Of a DNA stretch of 64,000 bases, positions 14,869 to 28,437 are shown piece by piece; the first letter of the stretch is position 1, and the number at the start of each line of letters is the position of its first letter. The DNA lies in NCBI GenBank assembly GCA_951406725.2, contig OX597818.1, positions 33,418,001 to 33,482,000 on the forward strand. Reading direction: 5' to 3'. The translations under genes were made by a program, and so were the position numbers. The stretch comes from Octopus vulgaris (lineage: Eukaryota). The notes under the pieces were generated by a model. The model was given only the letters and a program-made list of their open reading frames with translations, ran no database searches and was not told the origin of the DNA.

Positions 14869-15741
14869 TATTTATAAATCAAGTGTGAATTTAAATTCGC
14901 CGACATATGTGCATAAATACCATTGTGTGTATGAGCATGTATATTTGCGTGTCTGTATATTTTGTCTCTCCGGCATTCTGGAGATCCCTGGATTTGAATT
15001 ACATTAAGTACATTTGAGTGAGCGAATGTGAGGAAGAAGAAAAGAAGACTGTGAGAGAGAAGGTATTCTCATTGAAACTTCGTCTATTTTACTTTAAATC
15101 TATAAGAAAATCGTTCTTTATTTCGTTCATACTATTTAAGTTTAAGTCATACTTTGATGTTATCAGATATTATCTGACGAATAGGCCGCCAAATATCGGC
15201 ATACGCTTATTGAACACGACAATCTAAGATATTCATACTCTAATATCCAAACTATATATCAGTTATATTGATATCAATATTAATAGCATTAATACATTAA
15301 GAATTATTATTTCTAAATTTTAACAGTTATAATTATTATTTCTAAAATAAATGGTATTCCAGAAATTATGAGGGTATGTTGCAGGCATTATATTTACCCG
15401 ATTATCATATATGGATTTTATTTTGTAAAACACTGAGGGCTGAGAGGGAAAATCAAGATTGCTCCAGCTGGAAAACATTTCATCTCACGCAATTGAGATA
15501 CCTGTAAAATAAGTATGAGTTTTGCAGCTTTGTCAGTCTATATCCCTATACATCTGATGTCTCGTCTATATTTATGCCAATCATTAATAGCTTGAGTAAC
15601 ATGTCATGGTAGAAACAAAGGGCATTCGCTGTAATATGATCCTCCTACATTAATCTGTCCTTATATCAATCACTCGAAGCTCTTGTGGTTTAACCACGGA
15701 GTCCAGTTACAAAATACATGTTCATTAAACATAAAAACGAT

Positions 15742-16040
15742 AAAGGTCGCCCTTTTCAAGCCTAGCCAGGCTCATGGGCCCAGTTTCTGTGGCGTATGTG
15801 TTCCCCCCAGCTGGACGGCACGCCAATCCATCGCAGCGTTACTCAAGAAGCAGAAAGAAAAAGTGAGAGAAAGTCGTGATGAAAGAGTACATCAGGGGTC
15901 GCCACCACCCCCTGCTGGAGCCTAGTGGAGCTTCTAAGTGTATTCGCTCAATAAACACACACAACACCAGCTCTGGGAATCGAAACCGCGATCCTCCGAC
16001 CGCGGGTCCGCTGCCCTAACCACTGGGCCATTGCGCCTCC
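15742..16040 (-). mobile_element. tRNA-derived SINE, family C
   Basis: Head ggaggcgcaatggcccagtggttagggcagcgga...ggtttcgattccc with A and B boxes. Other copies lie at 52351-52656, 63111-63413 and partially at ~24400-24600. Confidence 0.85.
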
Positions 16041-17113
16041 ACTTCATTAAACATGTGCTATATAAAACGGCTAATATATTTATTCGTAACCAATACAGAA
16101 TTGCTACACTAGTGGTTTATATCAGTTAATGCCAAAAAAATAATCTAATAGTACAGATTCCCCAGATAGTTTTCTAGAAAATGAATGATAAAAAGGAAAA
16201 ATACGCGGCTAAATCTGATGTGATTAAGCTGAAGTCAATCATGATGCAAGAATTAAAACGTTATTATTAATTAGAGAATGCTAAAATTCATCTTTGTTTA
16301 AAATTAAGACGAAAACTCTGATGTTTGATATAAGTATGTTACTGGTTCTGTCAATTATATGTATTTTCACCAGAGATTGAGTATTATTGTTATAAAAGTA
16401 TTTATCTTTAAAATATACCGACTACCGTAAAATGAGAGGTAACCTACCAGGAAACCGTATTTCAACAGGCTTTCCATTTAAACTGAAGCATTCGTACATA
16501 ACGTATGCAGTTTGGAAGTACATAACACACTAGACTAGTGTTTATACATTCAAATGAGACGTGAAGATCAGCGAGTGAAAGAAATGTGTCAGATTAAATA
16601 TTGCAAATTTAGTCTCATTTCTTGAAGTTCTAAGTTTAAACCTATTTGATATTTGTTTTTAATTGTATTGTTTTTACCTCCTGTTTTTGTCACATTTTTT
16701 TTCCTTTTTTTTCCTTGTTTTTACCCGACTGCAAAGGAATTTTATTTAATTCTTTCGCAGGAAGGATTAGTTCGACGAGACGTGTTCTGTCCTCACCTTC
16801 GAAACACGCTGGAGTTGAACAAAGGACAGCTGATGAAGGGGATTTTTCCTCGTGTAGTTGTCTTGTACTCTGTTTTTACGTTTTCGTTTCTCGTTGAGTC
16901 CTACGTATATTTGTGGTGTCCTGTACACACGTATATATATTTATATATGCATGTATATATACATGTAGATGTAGGTACGTACATATATGTTTGTATGTAT
17001 GCATATATTTTATTTATTACACTATTGTATGACTGAGCGTCTTCGCGTCGATTTGATTCGATTCGATTCGTTTGGTTTCGTTTCGTTTCTACTTCTTCTC
17101 TAAGCTGGTTTTT

Positions 17114-17172
<59 letters not shown>

Positions 17173-17182
17173 TGTATGTACG

Positions 17183-17219
<37 letters not shown>

Positions 17220-17509
17220 CCGTTATTTAAAATAACGATGATATCAAGTGGTCAACATGGGAAAAAACCTTATAGAGAATAATTAGTGTTAAAATTATAA
17301 TTAAGAGTATGTAAGAGTTACGACCATGCTAGAGATAGCAGTCAAAACCTGACTCTAAAACTACATCGTGATTTCATTTAGCACAAGGTGAAAACAAATT
17401 GACAAATAAGCTACCAAAAGTTACATCCAGTATGAATACATGATGTGGTTTCAGTGTCAAGTTTTTACAGCTATCTCTAGCATGGTGGTATCTCTTAGAT
17501 ACTCTTAAA

Positions 17510-17609
<100 letters not shown>

Positions 17610-17823
17610 GTGTGTATATATATGTATATATATGAACGCAGTGGTTGCACTAACAAGTAATGTCTGTAGTCTCCTCAAAATATCTGTCCCGTTCGAATAG
17701 ATTTTACAGCGAAATTATTTTTACCCCAAGAGGACATCTCCTCTAGTTGGTTAACGATACAAAGCTGCATCCGATATATTGCGAGCAGGGGAGCGAACCC
17801 CTACCACCTTCTAGCGACGGGGC

Positions 17824-17871
17824 CAGCAAACCAGCCTTGTTTCGGGCTATTGCTGCCTCTCTTCAGTACTG
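17824..17871 (-). ncRNA. Type I HHR (canonical C3:G8 core)
   Basis: cagta CTGAAGA ga ggc agcaata gcc c GAAA caag g ctgg TT tgctg. Stems I and II pair; stem III has one mismatch. Confidence 0.6.
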
Positions 17872-18126
17872 ACGCCTCGTCTGCTAGAAACGGCTTCTGC
17901 TTCGCACTGAAAGTACATTGGCGCGAAAACAGGGACACTACTTCTGTCATTCGGACTTTTGCTTCTAAATATTCGAGAAGTTGATCGTATTTTCACTTCC
18001 ATAGAAGTTAATCACTATGAGGAGCTAAATCAACCTGTTCCTCTCTAAATACAACAGCAAAAGTATTATCTCTGATAATAAATTTGCAGTTTTAAACATG
18101 AATTTCATTCGTTTCTTCACACATAC

Positions 18127-18182
<56 letters not shown>

Positions 18183-18408
18183 ATGTACATGTATACACAC
18201 ACATATATATATATGCATGCATATCTTTAAATTACTGTCCTTTCTCATCCCTGAGATTGTCATTTTCTTTTCAATTTCCATTTTAATTTCCTTTTCTTAC
18301 CATTTCTTACTATTCATATGGCTCTTATCCCTCATTCGCCCATTTTTGTTTAGTTTCTACTTCAGCGGAACAAACATGTGTATATACAACTAACACATAT
18401 ATCCATCG

Positions 18409-18442
<34 letters not shown>

Positions 18443-20713
18443 CATACATATATTACATTCATTCCATATTTCTCTCCTCCAAAATCTATTTCCGTTATCT
18501 TCCAATATCTCTGATAATAAGTTTGCAGTTTTAAACATGAATTTCTACATGGAAATTTCTCACATAGAACATTTTCTAAATGTATAATACTATGTGCACA
18601 ATTTCTTCTCTTCAATCCATATATAAACAAGCACTTGTACTATTCTTTTGTTCCATTTACAACTCTTAAAATATATTTCTAAAGACGTTTTTTAACTGAA
18701 TCATAATAGATTCGTTTCACTCAAGTTTTATTTATTTCCTTTACTCCGTTCCTATTTGTCCATCCTTCTTTCCTTCCTCTGTACTTTCCTGTTTTATTTA
18801 ATAATCTATTATTCTCCCTCTATCACTTGCTGCCTTTATACTAATTTCCATAGACAACTTTAACCAATTAAATATATATATATATCGCCAGCAGCAGATA
18901 TTTTACTTAGGTCTAAGAAAGTATTACTTTCCTGTAATTTCCACGCTTCGGTGCATCTAGCTTTACACATTAATAAGCATGCTCATTTTCCAATTTTCGA
19001 TATTTTCATTGTATTACTTTCAAAATATAATCTATTCATTTCAGAAAATTGTGTAAGACGAATTAAGATATTTAAAACACAATAATTAATATAAGAAACT
19101 AACAAGCAAATTTTGGTCTAGTTATATTCCAAATCTTTAACATCATTACAAAACAATAATTGTAGAAAAAGAAAAATTGATTTGGCACATGTAGAAAATA
19201 TATGCAACTAAAATGCATCAATGTAAACAAATATTAAAGGGTTCATTAACAAATGAAAAAAATGACTCACACAACTAACATAAACCCCGCTTTTTAGGGA
19301 AGTTGGGACCCGATGCTGTAGCGTCTACGTTGTCGCAATGGCTTGCTAAAACACTACGCGAATCTGCCTCCGCTTATCAGATAATGAAAGTGTAGATAGA
19401 TATATGTGTCTGAAAAATATAACCCATGTGAGCATACATGGAGGAGGGTATTTGATCATAGGATCCACTTTATTAAGATTGACCCGATGCTAAGCAATAC
19501 CTGCAGCAAGCAACTCACTGTTTATATTTCATAAACGCCATAGTTTGCTGGAGAAAGACATTGAATAAGATATACCAGTTCTGGTCGCTGTATATGCAAG
19601 TGGGATACAATAACGCTATTGAAATTTATTTAAGCCATCTATATAAAATTGTGATTGCAATGTAAGTAGTTGAATTCTGAAACAGTGATTACAAAACTCT
19701 ACAACGTCAACCAAGTTGAGTTATATCGCGATAATGAATGGCACTCCGTGTAAACGCTTGATCAGTTAGAAACATTAGATAAAGATGTCCTAGACTGCAT
19801 ACACCTGAAAAGAATACCTGTGGTCATTCAGAAATGGCTTGAGAACGATCAGCACAAACAGGCTGAGCAATAAACCTCTGTCTACAGATATAAAATATCT
19901 CATAAAAATTAAGTACCGACATCCAAATATAGAACCCTTTAACAGTTTTCTTATATTTTCAGTGCATGCTACGACATTAGCATCGAGCAATGGTTATCAT
20001 AAATTCTATAATCTGTTTATTGATATGACTCCATTAATTCCCTACTTCTACATCTTCAATTATGTGATGGATATATTAATCTGATTAATTTGTTATCTCT
20101 GTGGCAGACTGACAAAGCCATTGACATTGGATTGTTTCCAAAACTATTTTCTTTAGAGAGCCATCAAATCCTAGGGAATATAATGCAGTTAATATCCTGT
20201 TATTGGCGAAGAAAGGTTGTTAATTAATTCGATATCGTTCTTTCTATTCATTACACCGTATAAATATACGGAATAATAATTAGATTTATTTATTTTGGGT
20301 GTTTTATTATCTCTTTTGCAATATTACAATTCTTATGTTATCATGGAGTTGTGTTAAAGGTGTCCACAGAGTAGCTATCTCATGCTGTTTGGACAACAAT
20401 CTATTATATGATATTTCATTACGGAAGCTATTTGTGAGAATGCTTGAACTATAATTGACTAACAAACCAGGATGCACTCTTTTTCAGGAGATGTGAACTT
20501 CAGCCCCTGTTCGTTAGTAGTTTGATTTGTTCATCTTTCAACCAGGTACAGGTGTCTTGATATTATCTACAAACCTAGACGTTCGTAGATGGTATTAAAT
20601 TATGTAACTTTACATAACGAGTGTGTTTTGTGGACGCCCCCAGACGATGAAGTAGACTAGCCCAATACGCAGATATAGAGGGAGAAGTCTAGACATAACA
20701 GCGGAGACAAGGC

Positions 20714-20833
20714 TTTTGTAGCACACACAGCCACTGTGTAGTATTGTGACGTAACAGGGGCGACGAGTATTTCGTAGCTCACACAGCCACTGTGTAGTAT
20801 TGCGATATAGCAGAGTGCTTGAGTATACTTCGT
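20714..20833 (+). repeat. ~55-bp minisatellite, two copies
   Basis: gtagc.cacacagccactgtgtagtattg.ga...gagtat repeated. Confidence 0.8.
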
Positions 20834-20939
20834 ATTTCTCTTTTACAAAATCGAGAAATGAATGTGCCAGTCAAATTTTGAGGTTAATAAATCCAGTTAA
20901 ACTCTCCTTAAAATATGTTGTTTTCTGACTATAATAGAA

Positions 20940-22166
20940 ATCAATCAACATCAATTTAAACCAGTGGTCTAGCATATTTTAAGAAATCCGAAGAATTAAA
21001 AATTACATTACAATTAATAAGAGGAATGACCACTAAAGTGGATTCCTAATATGCTAAAGATAGACGTCAAATCGCCTTACCACGAAGAGTGTGTTCTCAA
21101 GAAAAATCTCAACAAAAACGCCAGAATGTAAAAATAATCAAAACAAATGAAAATATACAAGATAAAACGATTACCTACGTATCACCACTTCGTTATTAAC
21201 ACTTGGAAAATGCAAAATGCAAATATCTGTAACTCTTCAGCATAGTCTGTCATATTACAAAACATATTTCACAGGACTATACACACAAACGTTCACCCGA
21301 AAGAAAACTCATGTACAGTTCTGCAAAATATATTTGCGGGTATCTTTCAAATGTCTTCATTTTGGCGCGATGAGGCCGGAAATAACCTTGCAGATAATAA
21401 ATTACCGCAGTTAATTTACCGGTTGGAGAATATTGCTATTTTAAATTAAATAATGAGGCTAAAAATTGATATCAATCAACATCAATTTACATTAGTGACC
21501 TAGCATATTTTTTTTTAAATCCGAAGATTTAAAAATGATATCACAATTAATAAAAGGAATGACCACTAAAGTGGATTCCTATTACATTCTGGCGTTTTTG
21601 CTGAGATTTTCCATGAGAACACACACTTCGCGATTTGACGTCTATCTTTAGCATATTAGGAATCCACTTTAGTGGTCATTCCTCTTATTAATTGTAATAT
21701 AATTTTTAAATCTTCGGATTTAAAAAAAAATATGCTAGACCACTGGTTTAAAATGACGTTAATTGATTGATATCAATTTCTACCCTCAATTATTTAATTT
21801 AAAATAGCAATGTTCTCTAATTGGTAAATTAACTGCGGTAATTTATTATCTGCAGAGTTATTTCCGGCCTCAGCGCGCCAACATGGAGACATTTGAAAGA
21901 TAACCCCAAATACATTTTGCAGAAATGTACATGAGTTTTCTTTCGGGTGAACGTTTCTCTGTATAGTTCTGCGAAATATTTTGAAATGCGACAGAATACA
22001 CTGAGGAGTTACATTTTGCATTATGCATGTGTTAATAACGAAATCATGATACGTAAGTAATCATTTTATTTTGTATAATTTAATTTGTCTTGATTATTTT
22101 TACATTCTGGTGCTTTTGCTGCGGATTTTCTTGAGAACACACTCTTCGAGGTAAGGTGATTTGACA
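20940..22166. mobile_element. ~530-bp unit in partial tandem plus inverted arrangement (PLE pseudo-LTR-like)
   Basis: The unit at 20940-21470 restarts at ~21470-21580, and the reverse complement of ~1.1 units follows at 21581-22166. Confidence 0.8.
21997..22055 (+). ncRNA. Type I HHR with long stem II
   Basis: taca CTGAGGA gtta...taac GAAA tcatga TA cgta, with palindromic stem III ATCATGAT. A decayed mirror copy lies at ~21176-21244 (-). Confidence 0.55.
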
Positions 22167-22307
22167 GCGACCATGCTGGAGCACCACTTTAATATATATA
22201 TATATACTGATTTTGGTAGTGGTGTATAGATATTGCATATTAAGGAGGCAGTCATACGAAAGCGCTAATAAAGAATTATCCAAAATTCTGACTACCTCCT
22301 TCCTTTA

Positions 22308-22363
<56 letters not shown>

Positions 22364-22532
22364 TAATAGTTATCTCCATACTTATATGGCAGTCTTATGA
22401 ATATAAGACTAAAGCTGTCGCTGATTAGCTCCAAGAGGCCACCACCTCAAGCTAGCTATTTGACACGCGACCTGCGTCCATTATAAACCTTCGAACAGGG
22501 GAGGTCAGCCGCTTCATCCTGCTAGTCAGACA

Positions 22533-22575
22533 GCTGTAGACATGTTTCAGGGTATTTGCCCTTTATCAATGCAGC
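22533..22575 (-). ncRNA. Minimal HHR, U3:A8 variant (monomer 1)
   Basis: gctgca TTGATAA aggg caaata ccct GAAA catg TC tacagc, with one stem I mismatch. Confidence 0.75.
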
Positions 22576-22897
22576 GTAGTCAGATCCAGCAGGTATCGCT
22601 ACTGACTGTCCCTGTTCGAAGAATCTATTTACCTAGTTTCAGTGGAATACATCTACTTGTTTTCAATAATAGAAATATTAAAATTACTAAGTCTCTCTAA
22701 AGAAGATTACGGCAGCGTTAGTGGAAATTAATAGTTATCGCCATACTTATATGGCAGTCTTATAAATATAAGACTAAAGCTGTCGCTGATTAGCTCCAAG
22801 AGGCCACCGCCTCAAGCTAGCTATTTGACACACAACCTGCGTCCATTATAAACTTTCGAACAGGGGAGGTCAGCCGCTTCATCCTGCCAGTCAGACA

Positions 22898-22940
22898 GCT
22901 GCAGACATGTTTCAGGGTATTTGCCCTTTATCAATGCAGT
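22898..22940 (-). ncRNA. Minimal HHR, U3:A8 variant (monomer 2)
   Basis: ctgca TTGATAA aggg caaata ccct GAAA catg TC tgcag, exactly 365 bp from the first copy. Confidence 0.8.
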
Positions 22941-23132
22941 TTAGTCAGACCCAGCAGGTGTCGCTACTGACTGTCCTGTTCGAAGAATCTATTTACCTAG
23001 TTTCAGTGGAATACATCCACTTGTTTTCAATAATAGAAATATTAAAATTACTAAGTCTCTCTAAAGGAGATTACGGCAGCGTTAATGGAAATTAATAGTC
23101 AGTCAGTTGCGACACCTGCTGGGTCTGACTAC

Positions 23133-23175
23133 GCTGCATTGATAAAGGGCAAATACCCTGAAACATGTCTGCAGC
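23133..23175 (+). ncRNA. Minimal HHR, U3:A8 variant (inverted copy)
   Basis: gctgca TTGATAA aggg caaata ccct GAAA catg TC tgcagc: 6-bp stem I, 4-bp stem II, palindromic stem III ACATGT, GUC triplet. Confidence 0.8.
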
Positions 23176-24024
23176 TGTCTGACTGGCAGGATGAAGCGGC
23201 TGGCCTCCCCTGTTCGAAGGTTTATAATGGACGCAGGTTGTGTGTCAAATAGCTAGCTTGAGGCGGTGGCCTCTTGGAGCTAATCAGCGATAGCTTTAGT
23301 CTTATATTTATAAGACTGCCATATAAGTATGGCGATAACTATTAATTTCCAGTAACGCTGCCGTAATCTCCTTTAGAGAGACTTTGTAATTTTAATATTT
23401 CTATTATATATATATATATATAAATATGCGTGTGTGTGTGTGGGGGGTGTATGTATGTATAAATGCAGTGGATTACAGGAACAATAGCGAGGATCTGTTT
23501 ACATGCTATGCATTCTCTTCGCTCGAGTTTAAATTAAATCATAGCAAAATAGCTACAAACAACAAGAAAAGCTACAATGCGGCTTTTCTTCATTTAAATA
23601 TACCTCATTATTGCGTATAGAAATCAACTATAGAACATACATTTAAATGCATACAAGTAAATGATATTGTCTATTGTCAATCTGAAATGTATAATTGTAT
23701 TGAATAATTAATAATTTCTCTGAAAATTACACAAAATGCTTCGGATATTATGCATAAATGTGACTGACCTTCTTATGACATTCTCTTTCATTTGTATACC
23801 GACAGAATAGACGTGAATCAGTCTCTGTATCTGCCATCGTATATGTTTATCTTATTTGTTAATTTTATGCGTTTAATCTCCATTTTTAGCTCTGATCAAG
23901 CAGATTAATGTCACACAAAAGGATTTCGAGCACGTCCATAAAGTTTCTTGCTGTACCTAATCCATTGTGTTAAGTTATATATATATATATGTGCGTGCGT
24001 GTGTGTGTGTGTGTGTGTGTGCAT

Positions 24025-24233
24025 TTACTACCCACAAAGGGCTAAACAAGGACAAACAAACGGATTAAGTCGATTACATCGACGCCAGTGCGTAACTGGT
24101 ACTTAATTTATCGACCCCGAAAGAATGAAAGGCAAAGTCGACCTCGGCGGAATTTGAACTCAGAACGTAACGGCAGACGAAATACGGCTAAGCATTTCGC
24201 CCGACGTGCTAACGTTTCTGCCAGCTCGCCGCC
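24025..24233 (-). mobile_element. SINE family B
   Basis: Well-preserved copy of the 9349-9752 family. Confidence 0.85.
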
Positions 24234-24656
24234 CTTCTGCCAAAATAAAAAATGGAGCAACAACGTAACAGGCGACAACAAAACATTCGGACAGTTAGAC
24301 AATACAAAAATGGATAGGTAAAAACAAGGACGGGTCATTCGGTGCTTTCAATCATCAGTCGAGAACCAGATAGTCTTTGTTGTATATATATAAACCCTGC
24401 GTTGCGACTGTTATTGAGCGAAAACACCTAAAAGCTCCACGATCCCTGCTGTACTCTTTCTGTCACTCTTTCTTCTGTTGCCCTGCTAGCTTAGCCAGTG
24501 AGCTGGCGTCATTAGAAGGCCAAAACAATCCGAAGCGCATTGTGACCAGCGATATGTAGCAACATATGATAGCCTGGTTGGTCACGGTGATCAGGGTGAT
24601 ATATAAGTTTGTATGTACCAGTATAATCATACATACATGCATACATACAGAAACAT

Positions 24657-24734
<78 letters not shown>

Positions 24735-25990
24735 GTGCGTGCGTGTATGCTAAATTATATTTTATATTAGTCGAGTCGGTCTCTTGCTATTCTGAGTTTT
24801 ACGAGTCGGTGCACTCAACCACAACAGACTGACACGAGGAAAATAAAATATCTTTAATCTGTATTATTGTATCACGTACTCTTTCTCTCGACTGTCAATA
24901 CTACAAGGTTATAAATATGTGTGTGAGGGGGGGATACTTATCTATGTAAATGTATTAATACTCTTCATGGATGTCTTCTTATTATCTGGTGTAAGTAGTT
25001 CATCTCTGTGTATTAATTGACAAATTACGATGCGTAGGAATGTGTTTTATACGTCTGATTCGTTTCATTGCGTGCGTTTGTGCGTTTAAAGAATCTTTGT
25101 CGTGAAGCAATATTGATAAATCACCAATTCAATCCCGCTGACACTCGCACGCAAACACCCTCTCACACACACACATACACACTCCCAGATTCATATAAGC
25201 TCAATTATATATTTGTACACATAGATGTTCAGATATATGTACGAGCGTATATATGTATATGTATGTATGTTTGCGCTCGTGTGTTTGTGTGTGTGTGTGT
25301 GAGTGCATGTATGTGTGTGTGTGTGAAAAATAAACATGTATAACGTGATGTCAGTCAATTGTCAGAAATGTCATTGGATTGTGTGCTTATACTCACGATA
25401 CGATGTTATTGCATGACAAGGATGCGCGGAATCTTACAATCGGTGTGCTAGATTTCCGTGTGCATGTAAGCTTTCTGACTTCAAAATCAATCAAAAACGT
25501 TTACAAAAGAATCAACCTACAATGTATGGTAGAACATTGATCAAAGAAAGCCGACTCAATACTGTAAATTCGCACGGGAATTTCCCGGGGAAATACCATA
25601 CAATTTGTATTTCTTGTATTCTCCCTTTGATTCTTCTCTACATGAAACCGTTTAGCAGTTTATTCATCCATATATTTATCGTATTCTTGACTATCGTATA
25701 CTCTCTATCATACACTAAGCACATACTATCATTCTCTCTTCTTCATTCTGACTTTCTATAAATTGATGCATATATATATATATATATATACACGCACATA
25801 CCTAAACGCGCATGCACACAAAGAGCAATAGCCAAATATGGAAGTGCGGTATGTGGTTTGTGTGGTACATTGGGTAAGTGTTTCTTAGATTTTGCCTAGA
25901 GTCGACCAAGGTTGTCCGAGTAAATTTGGTGGATAGAAACTGTGGAAGTTCGTCGTATGCATACATACATACATACATACATACATACAT

Positions 25991-26064
<74 letters not shown>

Positions 26065-26255
26065 CAGTTATTAGAGAAGATACATTAAATTCGGGTCAAC
26101 GACCTTATATAACACCACGCTTCCTTACATTTCATTATATATAAACATTACCATGGCCTTCAACATGTAAAGAGGATACATTTATAAAAGTACAGAAGGT
26201 AATATATATACATATATATATGTGTGTGTGTGTGTGTGTGAGGACACTGAGAATA

Positions 26256-27549
26256 CGAGGGACGTTCAATAAGTAATGCCTCTGACCCACTTGCAATTGT
26301 TTGATCTAGCTGAGATTTTGCATGTGCAATCATTTATATCTCTATAGAGTAAGTGGCAAATTACAGCTCTGAATTAAATGTGGTTTCTGATTTACAGGTG
26401 TTTGAACCGAGTCAAGTATGAAATGGAGCCTGTTGAGTGTCGAGCAGTGATCCGGTTTTTGTATTTGAAAGGACGCACACCACAGGGAGACTTTTGATGA
26501 AATGAAAGTAACTTATGGTGTTGATGCCCCATCATATGACCTTGTAAAACGCTGGCATCGTGAATTCAAACATGGTCGGAACTCTGTGAAAACAGCTCCC
26601 AGATCTGGTCGCCCCCTTCTGCCATTGATGAGGCATCTGTCCGTCAAGTTGAGGCTGCCATTTTGGAAGATCGACGCATAATTATTCGCCAAATAGCCCA
26701 TGAGGTCAAGATTAGTACCGGGTCTGTGGAAACTATCATTCATGACCATTTGCATATGCAAAAGGTGTCTGCCAGATGGATTCCCAGGTTGCTCACACCT
26801 TTCCAGAAGCAAGAACGCGTCGAGTGCTCGAGAGTGAATTTGGAGATGTGCCAAGAAGATGAGTCAAAATTTTTCAAAAGACTGATTACACAGGATGAAA
26901 CCTGGGTCCATCACGATGATCCAGAGACCAAAGCCCAGTCAATGCAGTGGAAGCACCGTGACTCACCCCCTCCAAAGAAGGCAAGGGTGCAGCCCTCCGC
27001 TGGCAAGGTCATGCTCACAGTCTTCTGGAACCAGGACGGAGTAGTGATGACAGATTTCCTGGCAAAAGGGTACCACAATTGCAGGAGCCTATTATGCTTC
27101 ACTTTTCAGGAAATTAAGAGAAGTTATCAAAATCAAGAGGCGGGGCAAGATCCGCAAAGGCATCCTCCTCCTGCAGGACAACGCTCCGGTCCACAACTCG
27201 CTTGTCGCCAGATCAGAAGCACAGGCGTATGGCTATGAACTCCTCCCCATCCCCCCAACCCCATGACCTTGCACCCTCTGATTTTCACCTCTTCCCAATC
27301 ATGAAGTTGTTTTTGAAAGGAAAGCGTTTCCCAGATGATGCAGCCTTGATTATCTGAAATCACGTTGAGGTTGGAGGACCAAGCTGGGTTCTTCTACAAA
27401 AACGGTCTCCAGAGCCGCATCAAACGATGGGAGAAATGCGTACCTCTGGGTGGTTCTTATGTAGAAAAAGCCTAATAACTGTGCCAAGTTTCGTTGCTCT
27501 ACTGCTATGGGAAGTGGGTCAGGGGCATTACTTATTGAACGCCCCGTTG
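26256..27549 (+). mobile_element. Near full-length mariner transposon (~1.3 kb)
   Basis: Left TIR cgagggacgttcaataagtaatgcctctgacccactt follows TA. Right TIR is aagtgggtcaggggcattacttattgaacgcccc. Confidence 0.92.
26423..27475 (+). pseudogene. Frameshifted mariner DD34D transposase
   Basis: MEPVECRAVIRFLYLKG start; WIPRLL; ITQDETW; LLLQDNAPVH; DLAPSDF motifs across several frames. Confidence 0.9.
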
Positions 27550-28081
27550 TGCTACCCCGTTGTGCTTTTCTTTTTTTTCTACGGATTCCGACCTTGTCCC
27601 CAGCGGAGATTCTGAATATGCAAAAAAAATTACTTTTAGACTTTTTTATACACCCCTTCCTTAAGTTTTCAATATTTTTCCCAAAATTTTACGATTATGT
27701 TTGATGGTGATATACGGGTGCACAAGCGCACAAAACGGAGAAATTGAAACAAATATGGACGACTTGTATCCGACTACACCTCCACCCCATTGGAGAGCAG
27801 TTCACAAACAGTTTGTTTTTAAAAATATAGAATATAGAGAAAGGTCAATCAGGAAAAGGATTTATAGAAATCTACTAAAAAATGTGATCAAAATGAATTA
27901 CTAAAACGTGTCAAGCGACTAAAAAACTAAAAAATATGAATCGACTTTTAAAAGATTTTGATAGAGAGATACGGAAAAATATTCAGGAGTAATTATATAT
28001 TCAGTGTTACTATTGGTGGTATAATGAGAGTTTTAACTCTTATTTCTAGCAGGCAGGCACATTCGTGTGCCGTTATAATTG

Positions 28082-28141
<60 letters not shown>

Positions 28142-28395
28142 ACATGTGTGTGAGTGTATGTGTGCTTGTATTTAAAGAAACGCAACCAGTAGTGGAAGCG
28201 TATCAACATTAGCTTAATCCGGCCACCGTCCTCAGTGTGGAGAGATAGGTATCTAACATTCTACCCTTAGATTTCTCTGCGTTGTGATTTGAAATATTAG
28301 ATATCTATCTTTCCAAGCTGAAGGCGGACACTGGATTTACCTGATTTTTATAAGCCTGCTCGCATATCTTTGTATTTTTCGAACTGCATCTGCCA

Positions 28396-28433
<38 letters not shown>

Positions 28434-28437
<4 letters not shown>

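Larger units (their letters stand above)
22361..23407. mobile_element. 365-bp head-to-tail dimer plus inverted third copy (retrozyme/PLE pseudo-LTR-like)
   Basis: aattaatagt restarts at 22361, 22726 and 23090. Positions 23100-23407 are the reverse complement of ~22666-22974. Both ends abut (TA)n. Confidence 0.9.

Noticed and set aside
15960-16040. tRNA gene
   Set aside because: The tRNA-like head runs into a multi-copy SINE body with no acceptor stem closure.
24325-24375. HHR (CTGATGA...GAAT, minus strand; relative at ~49720-49760)
   Set aside because: The core box is present, but GAAA and the stems are too degenerate to support a call.
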